A stretch of DNA of 63,277 nucleotides, counting the filler, from Folioceros fuciformis (Eukaryota), in assembly GCA_049999805.1 (NCBI GenBank). It is 7 parts of 7 records of this genome, joined end to end, with 100 filler letters (N's around TTAATTAATTAA, not from the genome) between each part and the next. Parts side by side here need not be neighbours in the genome. Positions count along the whole stretch, not along the records: positions 47,282 to 63,277 come from JBNGIO010003536.1; 6 more parts are not named here. One strand, given 5' to 3'. Under the pieces are notes generated by a model. That model made no database searches, was not told the origin of the DNA, and was given only the letters and a program-made list of their open reading frames with translations. Both the position numbers and the translations under genes were made by a program. Shown here piece after piece: positions 63,166 through 63,277 of the stretch (positions within the stretch are counted from its first letter, which is position 1; each line of letters begins with the position of its first letter).

Positions 63166-63277
63166 TTAATTCTGCCCATCCTTCTTCTTCCCGTCGTCCT
63201 TCTTGTAGCCGCCGTCGTCCTTCTTCGTCCCGTCGTCCTGCTTGTAGCCGCCGTCGTCCTTCTTCGTCCCGTCCTCC
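63166..63277 (-). CDS. C-terminus of a K/D/G-rich repeat protein (39-bp coding repeat), truncated by the window edge
   Basis: EDGTKKDDGGYKQDDGTKKDDGGYKKDDGKKKDGQN*; the repeat length is a multiple of 3. Confidence 0.55.
   Translation of the reverse strand, partial: EDGTKKDDGGYKQDDGTKKDDGGYKKDDGKKKDGQN

Overview
Eukaryotic nuclear DNA from a non-seed land plant. Gene-dense GC-rich genes with short GT-AG introns, a W2-bearing eIF4G, a nuclear copy of mitochondrial-type rps11 and CRE-type retroposons are most consistent with a hornwort or other bryophyte (inference). The window is a concatenation of seven contigs joined by artificial N-TTAATTAATTAA-N linkers, so adjacency across linkers is not evidence of linkage. 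Positions 1-15.5 kb are nested decayed transposons: Copia LTR pieces, two CRE-like non-LTR copies, an inverted double-LTR composite with a target-site duplication, and 44-bp and 62-bp tandem repeats. Positions 15.5-63.3 kb are genic: bulb-type lectin, BAP31-like, eIF4G, MBD fragment, GEX2/filamin-like secreted protein, VPS37, TEX2-like C-terminus, three tandem HMA genes, rps11, an AT-rich orphan ORF island, a fucosyltransferase-like gene, PIMT, two F-box genes, TMCO1, an AP endonuclease, SAAL1 and a repeat-protein C-terminus. The most notable items are the HMA trio with a shared spliced N-terminal motif I do not recognise, the inverted LTR composite, the AT-rich ORF island, and very tight same-strand gene pairs. 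All assignments come from motif recognition by eye; no searches were run.
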